DNA of 64,000 nucleotides from an uncultured archaeon (GTDB lineage: Archaea > Thermoproteota > Nitrososphaeria > Nitrososphaerales > Gagatemarchaeaceae), in the NCBI GenBank assembly GCA_963817525.1, contig CAWFOU010000007.1, positions 1,152,001 to 1,216,000 on the forward strand, given 5' to 3'. The position numbers and the translations under genes are program-made. The notes beneath the pieces were generated by a model. It saw only the letters and a program-made list of their open reading frames with translations. It was not told where the DNA came from and did no database searches. This document shows positions 28,747 to 38,019 of the stretch, in pieces (the first letter of the stretch is position 1; every line of letters starts with the position of its first letter).

Positions 28747-29187
28747 ATGGGATCGATGAGTGAAGCGTCATCCCATCCGCCCGAGACCGGGCAGAGCGCA
28801 CAGGCGGGGGCGCCGAGCGGCGAGGGAAGGCGCACCCAGCTAAGGATAGTCAGAGAGAACATCCAATCACTCTCGAGGGACGTCGGAAGGTTCAGGAAGA
28901 GCCACGAGGCGAGCGCCAAGAGCCTGGAAAAGCAGGTGGCCTCGCTTCGAAAGGAGCTGGCCGCCCAAGCGCGCGCGGACAAGGGAGGGCTCAGCAAGGA
29001 CTATCAAGCGACCGCCAAGAGGACGGAGAAGCAAGTGGCCACCCTCAGGAAGGGGCTGTCCGACTTGAAGGGCGGCATCGCAAAGGACGCGGCAAAGAGC
29101 AGAGCTAGGCAAGAGGCCGTGCTGTCGAAGATCCTTGCGAAGGTCAGCGCCAAGCCCAAGCCCGGCAAAAAGGCAAAGAAACGGTAG
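28747..29187 (+). CDS. Basic coiled-coil protein with internal repeat
   Basis: Repeats AKSLEKQVASLRKEL and AKRTEKQVATLRKGL, plus a Lys-rich tail. Confidence 0.7.
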   Translation: MGSMSEASSHPPETGQSAQAGAPSGEGRRTQLRIVRENIQSLSRDVGRFRKSHEASAKSLEKQVASLRKELAAQARADKGGLSKDYQATAKRTEKQVATLRKGLSDLKGGIAKDAAKSRARQEAVLSKILAKVSAKPKPGKKAKKR

Positions 29188-29362
29188 CCTCTCCGACGAG
29201 GCTGCGGGAACGCCGACCGGCTGCGGGCCGCTAAGCAGAAGCGCCGCTCTTCGGGCGGACAGAGTTGCATTCCAAGGGCATGTACTTTGCCCACGCTCGT
29301 GCTCGGGGCTTTGGCAGGCTGGTGGTCGAGACATATCTAGTAGGCTGCCACATCAGGGTCCC

Positions 29363-30019
29363 TTGGCCGCGCCACTCCCAGACGACGAGCTGGTTGACGT
29401 CTACGACGAAGCACTCAACAAGGTGGGGGTCGTCACGCGAAACGAGGCCCACAAAAAGGGCTACTGGCACCTCAACCTCCACTGCTGGATAGTCACGAAG
29501 AGGAAGGGCGGGGCGGTGATCTTCCAGGTGAGGAGCAAGGACAAGCCCACCTTTTCGGGGCTCCTCGACAGCACGGTCGGCGGGCATTACAGGGCGGGGG
29601 AGCAGCTCGAGGACGTGGCGCGGGAGATAAACGAGGAGATAGGCGTCGCCCCCGACGTGAAGAATCTCGTCCCCCTGGGGAGCCGGATCGACGTGGCGGG
29701 CTACGACGGACTCTCAAAGCGGGAGATTGCCGAGGTATTCTTCATCAGAGATGACCGGCCCGTCCGGGCCTACAAGGTCGACCCGCTCGAGGTCCGGGCG
29801 CTCGTAGAGGTGAGAATATTGGACGGCCTGAGGCTGTTCTCTGGGCGGGCGAGGAAGATCAAGGCAGAGGGGGTCGAGTGGGACAGGGTCGGGCAGGCGA
29901 CGGAGACGAAGATGGAGGTCACGAAGGGGGACTTCGTCCCGAAGATGGACTCGTACTACATGACGCTCTTCATCATGGCGATGAGGCTGCTCAAGGGGGA
30001 CAGGTACCTGTCGATTTGA
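29363..30019 (+). CDS. NUDIX hydrolase (IPP isomerase type 1-like)
   Basis: ELVDVYD...AHKKG.WH...HCWI and Nudix box GGHYRAGE...REINEEIG. Confidence 0.85.
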   Translation: MAAPLPDDELVDVYDEALNKVGVVTRNEAHKKGYWHLNLHCWIVTKRKGGAVIFQVRSKDKPTFSGLLDSTVGGHYRAGEQLEDVAREINEEIGVAPDVKNLVPLGSRIDVAGYDGLSKREIAEVFFIRDDRPVRAYKVDPLEVRALVEVRILDGLRLFSGRARKIKAEGVEWDRVGQATETKMEVTKGDFVPKMDSYYMTLFIMAMRLLKGDRYLSI

Positions 30020-30150
30020 CCTCCCGGCAGACAATTGGGACATTGGGAGCTCCTCTAGGCGCGACCTGACACCATCGTAGGTAGGTTTCAATACGAAGAT
30101 TCACGAGCAAAGTAGTTCTTGACCAATGAAATTACCAACCGGAAAGAAAC

Positions 30151-32067
30151 TTGTTGGATACTGGTCATTCGACGAACTCATCGCGGTCAGTCTCCTTCTC
30201 TGTGGTCCTGTTGCTCGCCACCGCCTCGTGCGCAGCGGTCCTGTCTCTGCCATCCATCGCGGGCGTACGCGCAGAGGCCCTGAGTTCCTGGGCGGCGACG
30301 ACAAGCTATCCGACCAGCACTGGCGGCCCCTCCTGCACGCCATCTGGCGGCTTTGTGTATTGCGTAGGAGATGGGACTGACGCGGTGTACTATGCCTCGC
30401 TCTCGCCCTTCGGCATAGGCGCGTGGAAGGCCACGACGGACTATCCCAGCTCGATCAGCGCCGTTGCGTGCTCTGCATCCACCAGCTACCTCTACTGTGT
30501 TGCGGGGATAAACGGCTCCCTGGGCCCACGGCCCACCACTCAGGTGTTCTACGCTCAACTATCCGCTTCAGGAGGACTCGTGGGCGGCTGGCAGAAGACC
30601 ACCAACTATCCACAGGAGACGATTGGTCCGTCCTGCGTGATCTGGAGTTCGGACATATATTGCGTCGGCGGTTCCCTCACGGTAGGGACGCTCCAAACGA
30701 ACGGAGCCTACTACGCCCCCATCTCGTCGTCGGGAGTCGGCGCCTGGGAGACCGGGACCACCTATCCACAGACTGACAACGGGCTCTCCTGCGTCACGTC
30801 TGATGGTTACATCTACTGCTTCGGCGGATTCACCGCACTCGGGCCGCGACCCATAAACGCGACTTATTCGGCGCCGCTATCGGCGTCGGGCTTCGGCTCC
30901 TGGAGCGCGGGGACGATCTATCCCACGACCGACTATGGACAATCGTGCGTCGCAATATCTGGATACGCCTACTGCGTCGGGGGCCTGACCTCTGGAGGCG
31001 TCCAGAGGAACGCGGTCTACTATTCTCCCATCTCCGGAGGAAGCATAGGAGCGTGGACGAGCACCGCCCCGTACCCAACCGACATCGACGGTGAGTCTTG
31101 CGTCACCTCAGGCAGCACGATCGCGTGCATCGCAGGGACCAGCCAAGGAGGGTCGGTCTCCGGAGACACGGGTGCGGCGTACTACACGTCCGTCTCCCCT
31201 CAAAACACTGATCAGCTGACCGTCAGTTCCCAGAGTACAAGCGGCCAGACTTTGACGGGCTACTACACGGCGCTGAACCAGAGCGGCTCCGTGGTAGAGT
31301 CCGGTTTCACACCCTACACCTTCGCCCTCAACAGCGGCCAGACCTACACGGTCCAGGTCGACAACTACGGCTCATGCACCTTCGCCTATTGGGAGGACAC
31401 AGGTAGCACCCAGTCCTCGAGGAGCGTGTCGATAACGACCAACACCGAGTACACAGCGGTCTACAACTGCGGCGGTGGTTCTACGGGAGGCTCGTCTAGC
31501 GTCACAGTGGATACTGTCAATCAGGATGGGACAGCGATCACAGGATACTACGTAGCATTGTATGGCGCTGACGGCGACTACCTCACATCCGGCTACTCAC
31601 CTGCAACGTTCAGCACTACGGCTGGCGAGGGGTATCAGGTCGCGGCGGACGGCTACGGCAGTTGCACGTTCAGCCGGTGGTCCAACGGTTCTGGCGACCC
31701 GCTATCCTTCACGGCGACGAGCTCGGCGCAGACGTTCACCGCGATTTACACTTGCGGGACATCGACTAGCGGTGGAGCACCGAGCAGCGGTGGAACATCG
31801 AGCATCGACGTCTCGACTGTCAACTCCGCGGGAAGCCCGATTTCTGGGTATTACATCAGCCTGTGGCAGGATGGTGCGCAAATCAACAGTTGCTTCTCTG
31901 CATGTTCGTTCACCGTGAACAACGGACAGACCTACCAGGTCGCGGCATCTGCTTACGGCTCCGAGACATTCAGTCATTGGCAGAACGACGGGTCGAAAGG
32001 GTTCGAGACGGTCACCCCCCCTAGCACGAGCACGACGCTCTCGCTGACTGCGGTCTACAACCCGTAG
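30151..32067 (+). CDS. Secreted protein: Cys-rich kelch-like beta-propeller plus three Ig-like repeats
   Basis: Signal peptide, six W..TT.YP...SC...YC.GG...YY repeats and three GYY...YGS.TF..W repeats. Confidence 0.8.
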   Translation: MLDTGHSTNSSRSVSFSVVLLLATASCAAVLSLPSIAGVRAEALSSWAATTSYPTSTGGPSCTPSGGFVYCVGDGTDAVYYASLSPFGIGAWKATTDYPSSISAVACSASTSYLYCVAGINGSLGPRPTTQVFYAQLSASGGLVGGWQKTTNYPQETIGPSCVIWSSDIYCVGGSLTVGTLQTNGAYYAPISSSGVGAWETGTTYPQTDNGLSCVTSDGYIYCFGGFTALGPRPINATYSAPLSASGFGSWSAGTIYPTTDYGQSCVAISGYAYCVGGLTSGGVQRNAVYYSPISGGSIGAWTSTAPYPTDIDGESCVTSGSTIACIAGTSQGGSVSGDTGAAYYTSVSPQNTDQLTVSSQSTSGQTLTGYYTALNQSGSVVESGFTPYTFALNSGQTYTVQVDNYGSCTFAYWEDTGSTQSSRSVSITTNTEYTAVYNCGGGSTGGSSSVTVDTVNQDGTAITGYYVALYGADGDYLTSGYSPATFSTTAGEGYQVAADGYGSCTFSRWSNGSGDPLSFTATSSAQTFTAIYTCGTSTSGGAPSSGGTSSIDVSTVNSAGSPISGYYISLWQDGAQINSCFSACSFTVNNGQTYQVAASAYGSETFSHWQNDGSKGFETVTPPSTSTTLSLTAVYNP

Positions 32068-32234
32068 TGTTCGATCGCAAAGAAGCTACCAGGTAGGAGG
32101 CCAGATTCTGCGGCAATACGAAACGCTTGCTCGGACCAACGCCTGAAAGTCGTATTGGTCGATATCGTTCACTTTGTCTGATTGTTATTGGATTCTAGAT
32201 TCTGACCGCTTATTAGAAACTGCCAACGAATCCC

Positions 32235-32444
32235 ATGGCAATGACCAACCAAAAGTCAGGCAGAACGCCTAACGACCAGAGGTCGGACGCAAACAACTCA
32301 ACGTCGGCTGAATATAAGGCAGGCATGGACCACAACTCGAACATCCACAACCCGGCTTCCGCGGAGCACCAAGCCGCATTGGACAACAGGGCTAATCAGA
32401 TGAATCCGCAGTATCGCGCGACTCACGGCTCAAGAAAGAAGTGA
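32235..32444 (+). CDS. Small Asn/Asp-rich repeat protein
   Basis: Three ~18-aa imperfect repeats (DQRSDANN / DHNSNIHNP / DNRANQMNP); TTATTA TATA-like box upstream. Confidence 0.65.
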   Translation: MAMTNQKSGRTPNDQRSDANNSTSAEYKAGMDHNSNIHNPASAEHQAALDNRANQMNPQYRATHGSRKK

Positions 32445-32536
32445 GAAACCTGGGAGAATTCAACGACGACGTTGAGTTCAGCGAGAACTATCTGGGCGAC
32501 GACTACCTGGAATCGGACGACGATTACAGGGAATAG
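32441..32536 (+). CDS. 31-aa acidic micropeptide
   Basis: GTGA overlap with the previous stop; MRNLGEFNDDVEFSENYLGDDYLESDDDYRE. Confidence 0.35.
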   Translation: MRNLGEFNDDVEFSENYLGDDYLESDDDYRE

Positions 32537-32714
32537 GCTAGGACATGTCGCAGCTTGACCCTTCGGTTATCTTGCATAGCCTCCGACCATCGACCCTTGC
32601 CGTTAGCGTATGCTCACCAGGACGGGGACTCCGAATTCGATGAAGAGGCCGATGAGACGAGTAAAACGTTATAACTATACTCGGGAGGGAGCGTTTTGAA
32701 GCAGAGTATAGGCC

Positions 32715-34907
32715 ATGCCGAAGTTCAAGTCCACGTCTGAAGCGCTGAAGATTGTCCACAACCGTGAGCAGCTAAGGAACATGGGCATCATCGCCCACGT
32801 TGACCACGGGAAGACGACCACAGCGGACTCCCTGCTCGCGGCCTGCGGGATGCTATCTCCCTCGGTGGCCGGCCAGGCGCTCGCCCTCGACTATATGGAG
32901 CTCGAGCAGCAGAGACAGATGACCATCAAGGCGGCAAATGTCACGCTTTACTACGAAAAGGACGGAACACCCTACGTTATCAACCTGATTGACACTCCGG
33001 GGCACATTGACTTCACTGGGAAGGTTACGAGGTCATTACGAGCCGTAGACGGCGCAATCGTCGTAGTTGACGCCGTTGAGGGTGTTATGACCCAGACCGA
33101 GACTGTTCTCAGGCAAGCGCTCGAGGAACGCGTCCGGCCGGTCATGTACATCAATAAAATCGACCGTTTAATCAAAGAACTCCGCTTAAACCCTGATCAG
33201 ATGCAGAAGTGGCTCTTCAACATCGTTGCTGACGTTAATCGTCTCATAGAGACCCACGCAGAGCCTCAATACAGGGAACTCTGGAAGGTCAGGATCCAGG
33301 ACTCGATGGTCGCTTTCGGCTCCAGCAAGGACAAGTGGGGCTTCAACTCCGACATCGCCAAGACGAGCGGGATGGGCTTCAAGGACATCTACGAGGCCTA
33401 CACTACTGGCGACCCCAAGACGCTCGGCCCGAAGATGCCCCTCCACGAGGCGCTGCTCGGGATGGTCGTCAAGCACCACCCGCCGCCCCACGTGGCCCAA
33501 GCCTACCGCATCCCCAAGATCTGGTCGGGAGGAGACCTCAACAGCGACGTCGGCAAGGCCCTGCTGGCCTGCGACGAGAACGGCCCAATGGTCATGATGG
33601 TCACCAACGTCGTCGTGGACCCGGCCGCCGGCTTGGTGGGCGTGGGAAGGCTCTTCTCGGGCCAGATAAGCAACGGCGACGAGGTCTACCTCCTCAACTC
33701 GAAGCGCGAGGGGAAGATCCAGTCGGTCCAGATATTCATGGGCTTCCAGCGCGAGATAGTCGACACCCTCCCCGCGGGCAACATCCCCGCCATACTCGGG
33801 CTCGACATCCGCTCAGGCGAGACGATATCCACCCGGAAGGACGTCCAGCCCTTCGAAAGTATCCACTACGTCTCCGAGCCGGTCGTCACCCAGGCCGTCG
33901 AGGCGAAGCACCCGCGCGACCTCCCCAAGCTCGTCGAGGCCATGCGCAGGCTCAACATCGAGGACCCCAACCTTATCATCACGATCAACCAGGAGAGCGG
34001 GGAGACTCTGATGGCGGGGATGGGCGTCCTCCACCTGGAGATCGCCACGACCATGCTCCAGCGTCAGGGGCTGGAGATAATCACCTCGGAGCCTATCACC
34101 AACTATCGCGAGACCATCAGGCAGCCGGCGGGGCCTATCATGAGCAAGTCGCCCAACCGCCACAACAAGATATTCATGAAGGTCGAGCCGCTCGCCCCCG
34201 ACATCGTCGAGATGATCCGCAAGGGGGAGCTGAGCGACACCACCGACAAGAAGACGATAATCAAGCTCCTCCGCGAGCACGGCTGGGACTCGGACACGTC
34301 GAGGACTGTCGTGGAGATAGACCCGAAGGGCAACATGCTTTGCGAGGAGACCAAGGGAGTCCAGTTCCTGCAGGAGTCGATGGACACCATGCGCTCTGGC
34401 TTCGAGGACGTCATGACGAACGGCCCCCTCGCCTACGAGCTCTGCAGGGGCGTCAAGGCCACGCTCACCCACTACGTACCGCACGAGGACGCGGCCCACC
34501 GGACCTACGCCCAGCTCATGCCCGCGACAAGGCGCTCGGTCCTCGGCGCGATGCTCCTGGGCAACCCCACCCTCCTCGAGCCTGTCCTGGGCATAGAGGT
34601 CAAGGGCCCATCCGACCAGATAGGCAACATCACGGGGGTCATCAGCGGGAAGAGGGGCAAGCTCATCAACATCGAGCAGCGCGAGGCTCTCACAATCGTC
34701 GAGGGAGAAATCCCGGCCGCGGAGACCATGGACCTCAGTCAAGAGATGAGGGGCGCGACGGCAGGGAGGGCGGTATGGAACACTTACTTCAAGCTCTGGC
34801 AGCCGGTCCCGACCAACATGCTCGCGCCGCTGGTGGCGCAGATCAGGAAGCGCAAGGGCCTCCCAGAGGAAGCCCCGAAGGCCTCCGAGTTCATCGATAA
34901 CGAGTAG
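32715..34907 (+). CDS. fusA: Archaeal translation elongation factor 2
   Basis: IAHVDHGKTT, DTPGH, NKID, SPNRHNK, LLEP and diphthamide loop HEDAAHR. Confidence 0.98.
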   Translation: MPKFKSTSEALKIVHNREQLRNMGIIAHVDHGKTTTADSLLAACGMLSPSVAGQALALDYMELEQQRQMTIKAANVTLYYEKDGTPYVINLIDTPGHIDFTGKVTRSLRAVDGAIVVVDAVEGVMTQTETVLRQALEERVRPVMYINKIDRLIKELRLNPDQMQKWLFNIVADVNRLIETHAEPQYRELWKVRIQDSMVAFGSSKDKWGFNSDIAKTSGMGFKDIYEAYTTGDPKTLGPKMPLHEALLGMVVKHHPPPHVAQAYRIPKIWSGGDLNSDVGKALLACDENGPMVMMVTNVVVDPAAGLVGVGRLFSGQISNGDEVYLLNSKREGKIQSVQIFMGFQREIVDTLPAGNIPAILGLDIRSGETISTRKDVQPFESIHYVSEPVVTQAVEAKHPRDLPKLVEAMRRLNIEDPNLIITINQESGETLMAGMGVLHLEIATTMLQRQGLEIITSEPITNYRETIRQPAGPIMSKSPNRHNKIFMKVEPLAPDIVEMIRKGELSDTTDKKTIIKLLREHGWDSDTSRTVVEIDPKGNMLCEETKGVQFLQESMDTMRSGFEDVMTNGPLAYELCRGVKATLTHYVPHEDAAHRTYAQLMPATRRSVLGAMLLGNPTLLEPVLGIEVKGPSDQIGNITGVISGKRGKLINIEQREALTIVEGEIPAAETMDLSQEMRGATAGRAVWNTYFKLWQPVPTNMLAPLVAQIRKRKGLPEEAPKASEFIDNE
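34868..34904 (+). repeat. Direct repeat copy 1 (3' end of EF-2)
   Basis: ggaagccccgaaggcctccgagttcatcgataacgag. Confidence 0.9.
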
Positions 34908-34949
34908 AGATCGACGCGGGAGCAAGGGCGGTACGTGGTGCGAACTTGC

Positions 34950-37007
34950 CTACCGCTCGAGCAGTGTCTTCTGGAGGGGCATCCTTTCGCTATTCACATT
35001 CGTGCGGGCAGGCCGCATCGCCTGAGCAGGCGCCGTGAACCTGGGCGAGGACCGCACGCTGTCGAACACGTGGCTCCTCCATACGAATACGAAGCCGATG
35101 TCTCGGTTCTGGACGTCGGCCTCGAGTAGAGCCAGGGCTTGCTCCTGCTCGCCGAGGCCCAGGTGGAGTATGGCGAGGTCGCTCCGCGAAACGTAGGATT
35201 CTCTGGCATAGTCTTCCGCCTCGGCCAGGATTTCTCTCAGCGCTCCCTCTTGGTTGACCGTTGGCAAGACCGTGCAAACGATCGCGTACATCCAGGGGTT
35301 CAAGCCCCCAGCCCAGCCGAGCCGTCTCTCATGGCTAGGCGGCGAAGCCTCGTTGCGCATTCGCAGCAGCTCTTTGTAGGCCTCATCGATCATTCCTCCG
35401 GCTAGGTAGGCGAACGCCAGCACGGTATGCGCGTCAGCATCCGGCTCAAGCCTGAATTTCCTTTTGGCGAAATCCAAAGCCTCCTGAGTCCGTCGTCGGT
35501 AGACGTTGATCACCGACGCGACACCCGACTCCAGAGCCGACAACGGAGCGAGCGCGATGGCCCTGTGCGCTTCAACGATAGCCTCCTCGTCGTTGCCTGT
35601 GAGCGAGAGGAAAAGGGCGTGGTCTCGCCAGAATGGCGCCGAATTAGGGTTGAGTTCCGACCCGCGCCTGAACTCCGCGTCGGCGGTGTCCCAGTCCCAG
35701 TCGGCCTGAAAGGCAAGGTTGGCTCTGGCCGAATGGGCTTCCGGGAGGTGGTCGTTCAGGCCCAGTGCCTTGAGCGCGTAGTCCCTGGCATGGGAGAACG
35801 CTTCCTGCGGGGGCAAGCTCTCCCCCGCGAGATAGATGTGCGCAGTCGCGAGTGCAGCATACGCCTCAGCGAAACCGGGATCGCTCGCGACCGCTCGCTG
35901 GAAGTACTCGAGGGACTTTGTAATCCCAGTTGTCCCACCTCCAATGTTGAGATAGTGTAGTCCAGCCAGGTAATCGTCGTAGGCGGCCATGTTCTTGGTC
36001 GGGCCTCTGGCTATCTCTTGCTTCTGTCCCTCTTCGAGTCTGAGCCTAAGCGAGTCAGCGACCTTCTGTGCGATCTCGCTCTGAATCGCGAAGACATCTC
36101 GGATGTCCCTGTCGTAGCTCTGAACCCATATGTGCCGGTCCCTGGCAGCGTCGATCATCTGGACCATTATCCGGAATTTGTCTCCCGCCTTGCGGACGCT
36201 TCCCTCAAGGATTGTCCCCACTTCCAGTTCCCTGGAGACCTCCTTCACGGATTTCGGGGCCTTCTTGTACTGCATCACGGAGGTCCGTGAGATCACCTCC
36301 ACCTGGTCGACCCTCGAGACGGTCGAGATTATCTCCTCGGTCATGCCGTCGGCAAAGTATTCGTCATGCGCGTCGGGGCTCATGTTGGCGAAGGGCAGAA
36401 CGGCGATCCTCCTCGGGTCGAGCGCGACGGAGCGACCCGCCGTTTCACCTTCCCACGGCAGCACGACCCTGAACACCTCGACGGGCATGCTGACGTTCTT
36501 CAGGGTCCTCGTCCCGATGCTCTTCATCGGGAGCTCGAACTTGTTCCTGACCTGCTCGAAGAACTCGCGGGTGAGGCAGATGCCGCCGCTCTCCACCTGG
36601 GCCTCGATCCTGGAGGCGACGTTGACCGCGTCGCCCGAGATGTCTCCTCCCTCCGACTCTACGACGTCACCGAGGTGCAAGCCGACCCGGAGGTGGATCT
36701 TCGTCTCCTCGGACATTGAGTAGTTGTATTCTCTCGTCACCCTCTGGATTTCGTAAGCACATCTTGCGCCTTCCAGCGCGCTTGAGAACTCAACTAGGAA
36801 CGCGTCGCCCATCGTCTTTACCTCCCTTCCACCGTGCCTGGTGACGACCGGGCGTATCAGCTTCCTCTGTTCCTCGACGAGGGCAAGGGACAGAGACTCG
36901 TTCCTCTGCCCAAGCGCGGTGTAGCCGACCATGTCCGTGAACATGATAGCGGCGAGTCTTCTCTCGACTGGGGGCAAGGCCGGGGAGTAACCGACCTCTC
37001 TCTTCAT
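34950..37007 (-). CDS. Class III adenylate/guanylate cyclase with TolB-N-like and TPR domains
   Basis: RRLAAIMFTDMVGYT, KTMGDAFLVEF, GDAVNVASRIE, IAVLPFANMS...YFADGMTEE and TPR helices. Confidence 0.92.
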   Translation of the reverse strand: MKREVGYSPALPPVERRLAAIMFTDMVGYTALGQRNESLSLALVEEQRKLIRPVVTRHGGREVKTMGDAFLVEFSSALEGARCAYEIQRVTREYNYSMSEETKIHLRVGLHLGDVVESEGGDISGDAVNVASRIEAQVESGGICLTREFFEQVRNKFELPMKSIGTRTLKNVSMPVEVFRVVLPWEGETAGRSVALDPRRIAVLPFANMSPDAHDEYFADGMTEEIISTVSRVDQVEVISRTSVMQYKKAPKSVKEVSRELEVGTILEGSVRKAGDKFRIMVQMIDAARDRHIWVQSYDRDIRDVFAIQSEIAQKVADSLRLRLEEGQKQEIARGPTKNMAAYDDYLAGLHYLNIGGGTTGITKSLEYFQRAVASDPGFAEAYAALATAHIYLAGESLPPQEAFSHARDYALKALGLNDHLPEAHSARANLAFQADWDWDTADAEFRRGSELNPNSAPFWRDHALFLSLTGNDEEAIVEAHRAIALAPLSALESGVASVINVYRRRTQEALDFAKRKFRLEPDADAHTVLAFAYLAGGMIDEAYKELLRMRNEASPPSHERRLGWAGGLNPWMYAIVCTVLPTVNQEGALREILAEAEDYARESYVSRSDLAILHLGLGEQEQALALLEADVQNRDIGFVFVWRSHVFDSVRSSPRFTAPAQAMRPARTNVNSERMPLQKTLLER

Positions 37008-37060
37008 GATAAATTCATTGCGGGTCCGTCGAGTCCACGACGAAGCCCAAGGGCCCCGGT

Positions 37061-37097
37061 GGAAGCCCCGAAGGCCTCCGAGTTCATCGACAACGAG
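37061..37097 (+). repeat. Direct repeat copy 2 (duplicated EF-2 3' end)
   Basis: ggaagccccgaaggcctccgagttcatcgacaacgag; 36/37 identical to copy 1. Confidence 0.9.
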
Positions 37098-37182
37098 CGA
37101 CTTCCCCTCCGCAGGTTTGACCAGAGACCAAACCTGACAGACCCCAGCGAACGCTTATTACCTCAGGCTCAAGATTGAGCCC

Positions 37183-37482
37183 ATGCGATTCTTCGTCTTG
37201 GAGAAGGCAAGGGCAGGAGTTCCTATCGACCCAAAGGACTTCGTCCGGTTGGCGGCCGCCGACCTCGAGTACAAGCGGAAGCTCGAGAAAGCAGGCAAGA
37301 TAGTCGGCGGGCCGTGCTTAGACATCCTCGCGGACGGCTACGTGCTGGAGACCGAGACGATCGAGGAGATGGGCGAGATTTTCTTCGGGTCTCCCATCAA
37401 CTTGGTGATGGACCGAGAGGTCCATCCTCTGGGGACCTTCAAGGACAGCCTAGAAGGCATGAACGAGCTTAGGAAGAAGTAA
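37183..37482 (+). CDS. Muconolactone isomerase/YciI-like dimeric alpha/beta-barrel protein
   Basis: LEKAGKIVG...GYVLETETIEE...REVHPL. Confidence 0.65.
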   Translation: MRFFVLEKARAGVPIDPKDFVRLAAADLEYKRKLEKAGKIVGGPCLDILADGYVLETETIEEMGEIFFGSPINLVMDREVHPLGTFKDSLEGMNELRKK

Positions 37483-37536
37483 AGGCAAACTGACTCTCTA
37501 GAAAGGCCTCCGAGTCCGTCGACGACGAATAAGGCG

Positions 37537-37884
37537 TTAGTAGCTCGTTGCGCCGACGTCCAGCTTCGTGACCTTCCCGTCCTTCACGACGAACCTCCAG
37601 AAGGTCTGAAAGTCCCCCCACTTGTCCGAGTGGTAGCTCGCGTAGAAGGTCAGCCCGCCGTCCTCGACCTTGTCGATGGAGAGTATCCGGGCGGTCCCTT
37701 TGCCGAAGAGCTCGTCGTCGCTCCACTTTGCAAAGTCGCGAGGAATCCCGTCGTCGCTGAAGGCGGGCTTGGAGAATAGCTCGAACCAGGCCTTCCTGTC
37801 CCGAGCGTTTAGCGCCAAGACCGCCGACCTGACTACAGGGTCGCCTATCCTGCCCAGTCCGCGCAGTCTTACAGAGGGACTCAA
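37537..37884 (-). CDS. SnoaL/NTF2-like small protein
   Basis: ALNARDRKAWFELF...FSDDG...WRFVVKDGKVTKLDVG. Confidence 0.7.
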   Translation of the reverse strand: MSPSVRLRGLGRIGDPVVRSAVLALNARDRKAWFELFSKPAFSDDGIPRDFAKWSDDELFGKGTARILSIDKVEDGGLTFYASYHSDKWGDFQTFWRFVVKDGKVTKLDVGATSY

Positions 37885-38019
37885 CCGTTCTCCGCGGGCC
37901 GTCGCCCTCCCCTGGATTAATTCCTATCCTCGCGGCCGACGCCGACGTGGATGACCACCCTATGCGAGGCTCGCCCGGCCGAATCACCTTAAATCGAACT
38001 CCGACGTCATGCGACAAGG

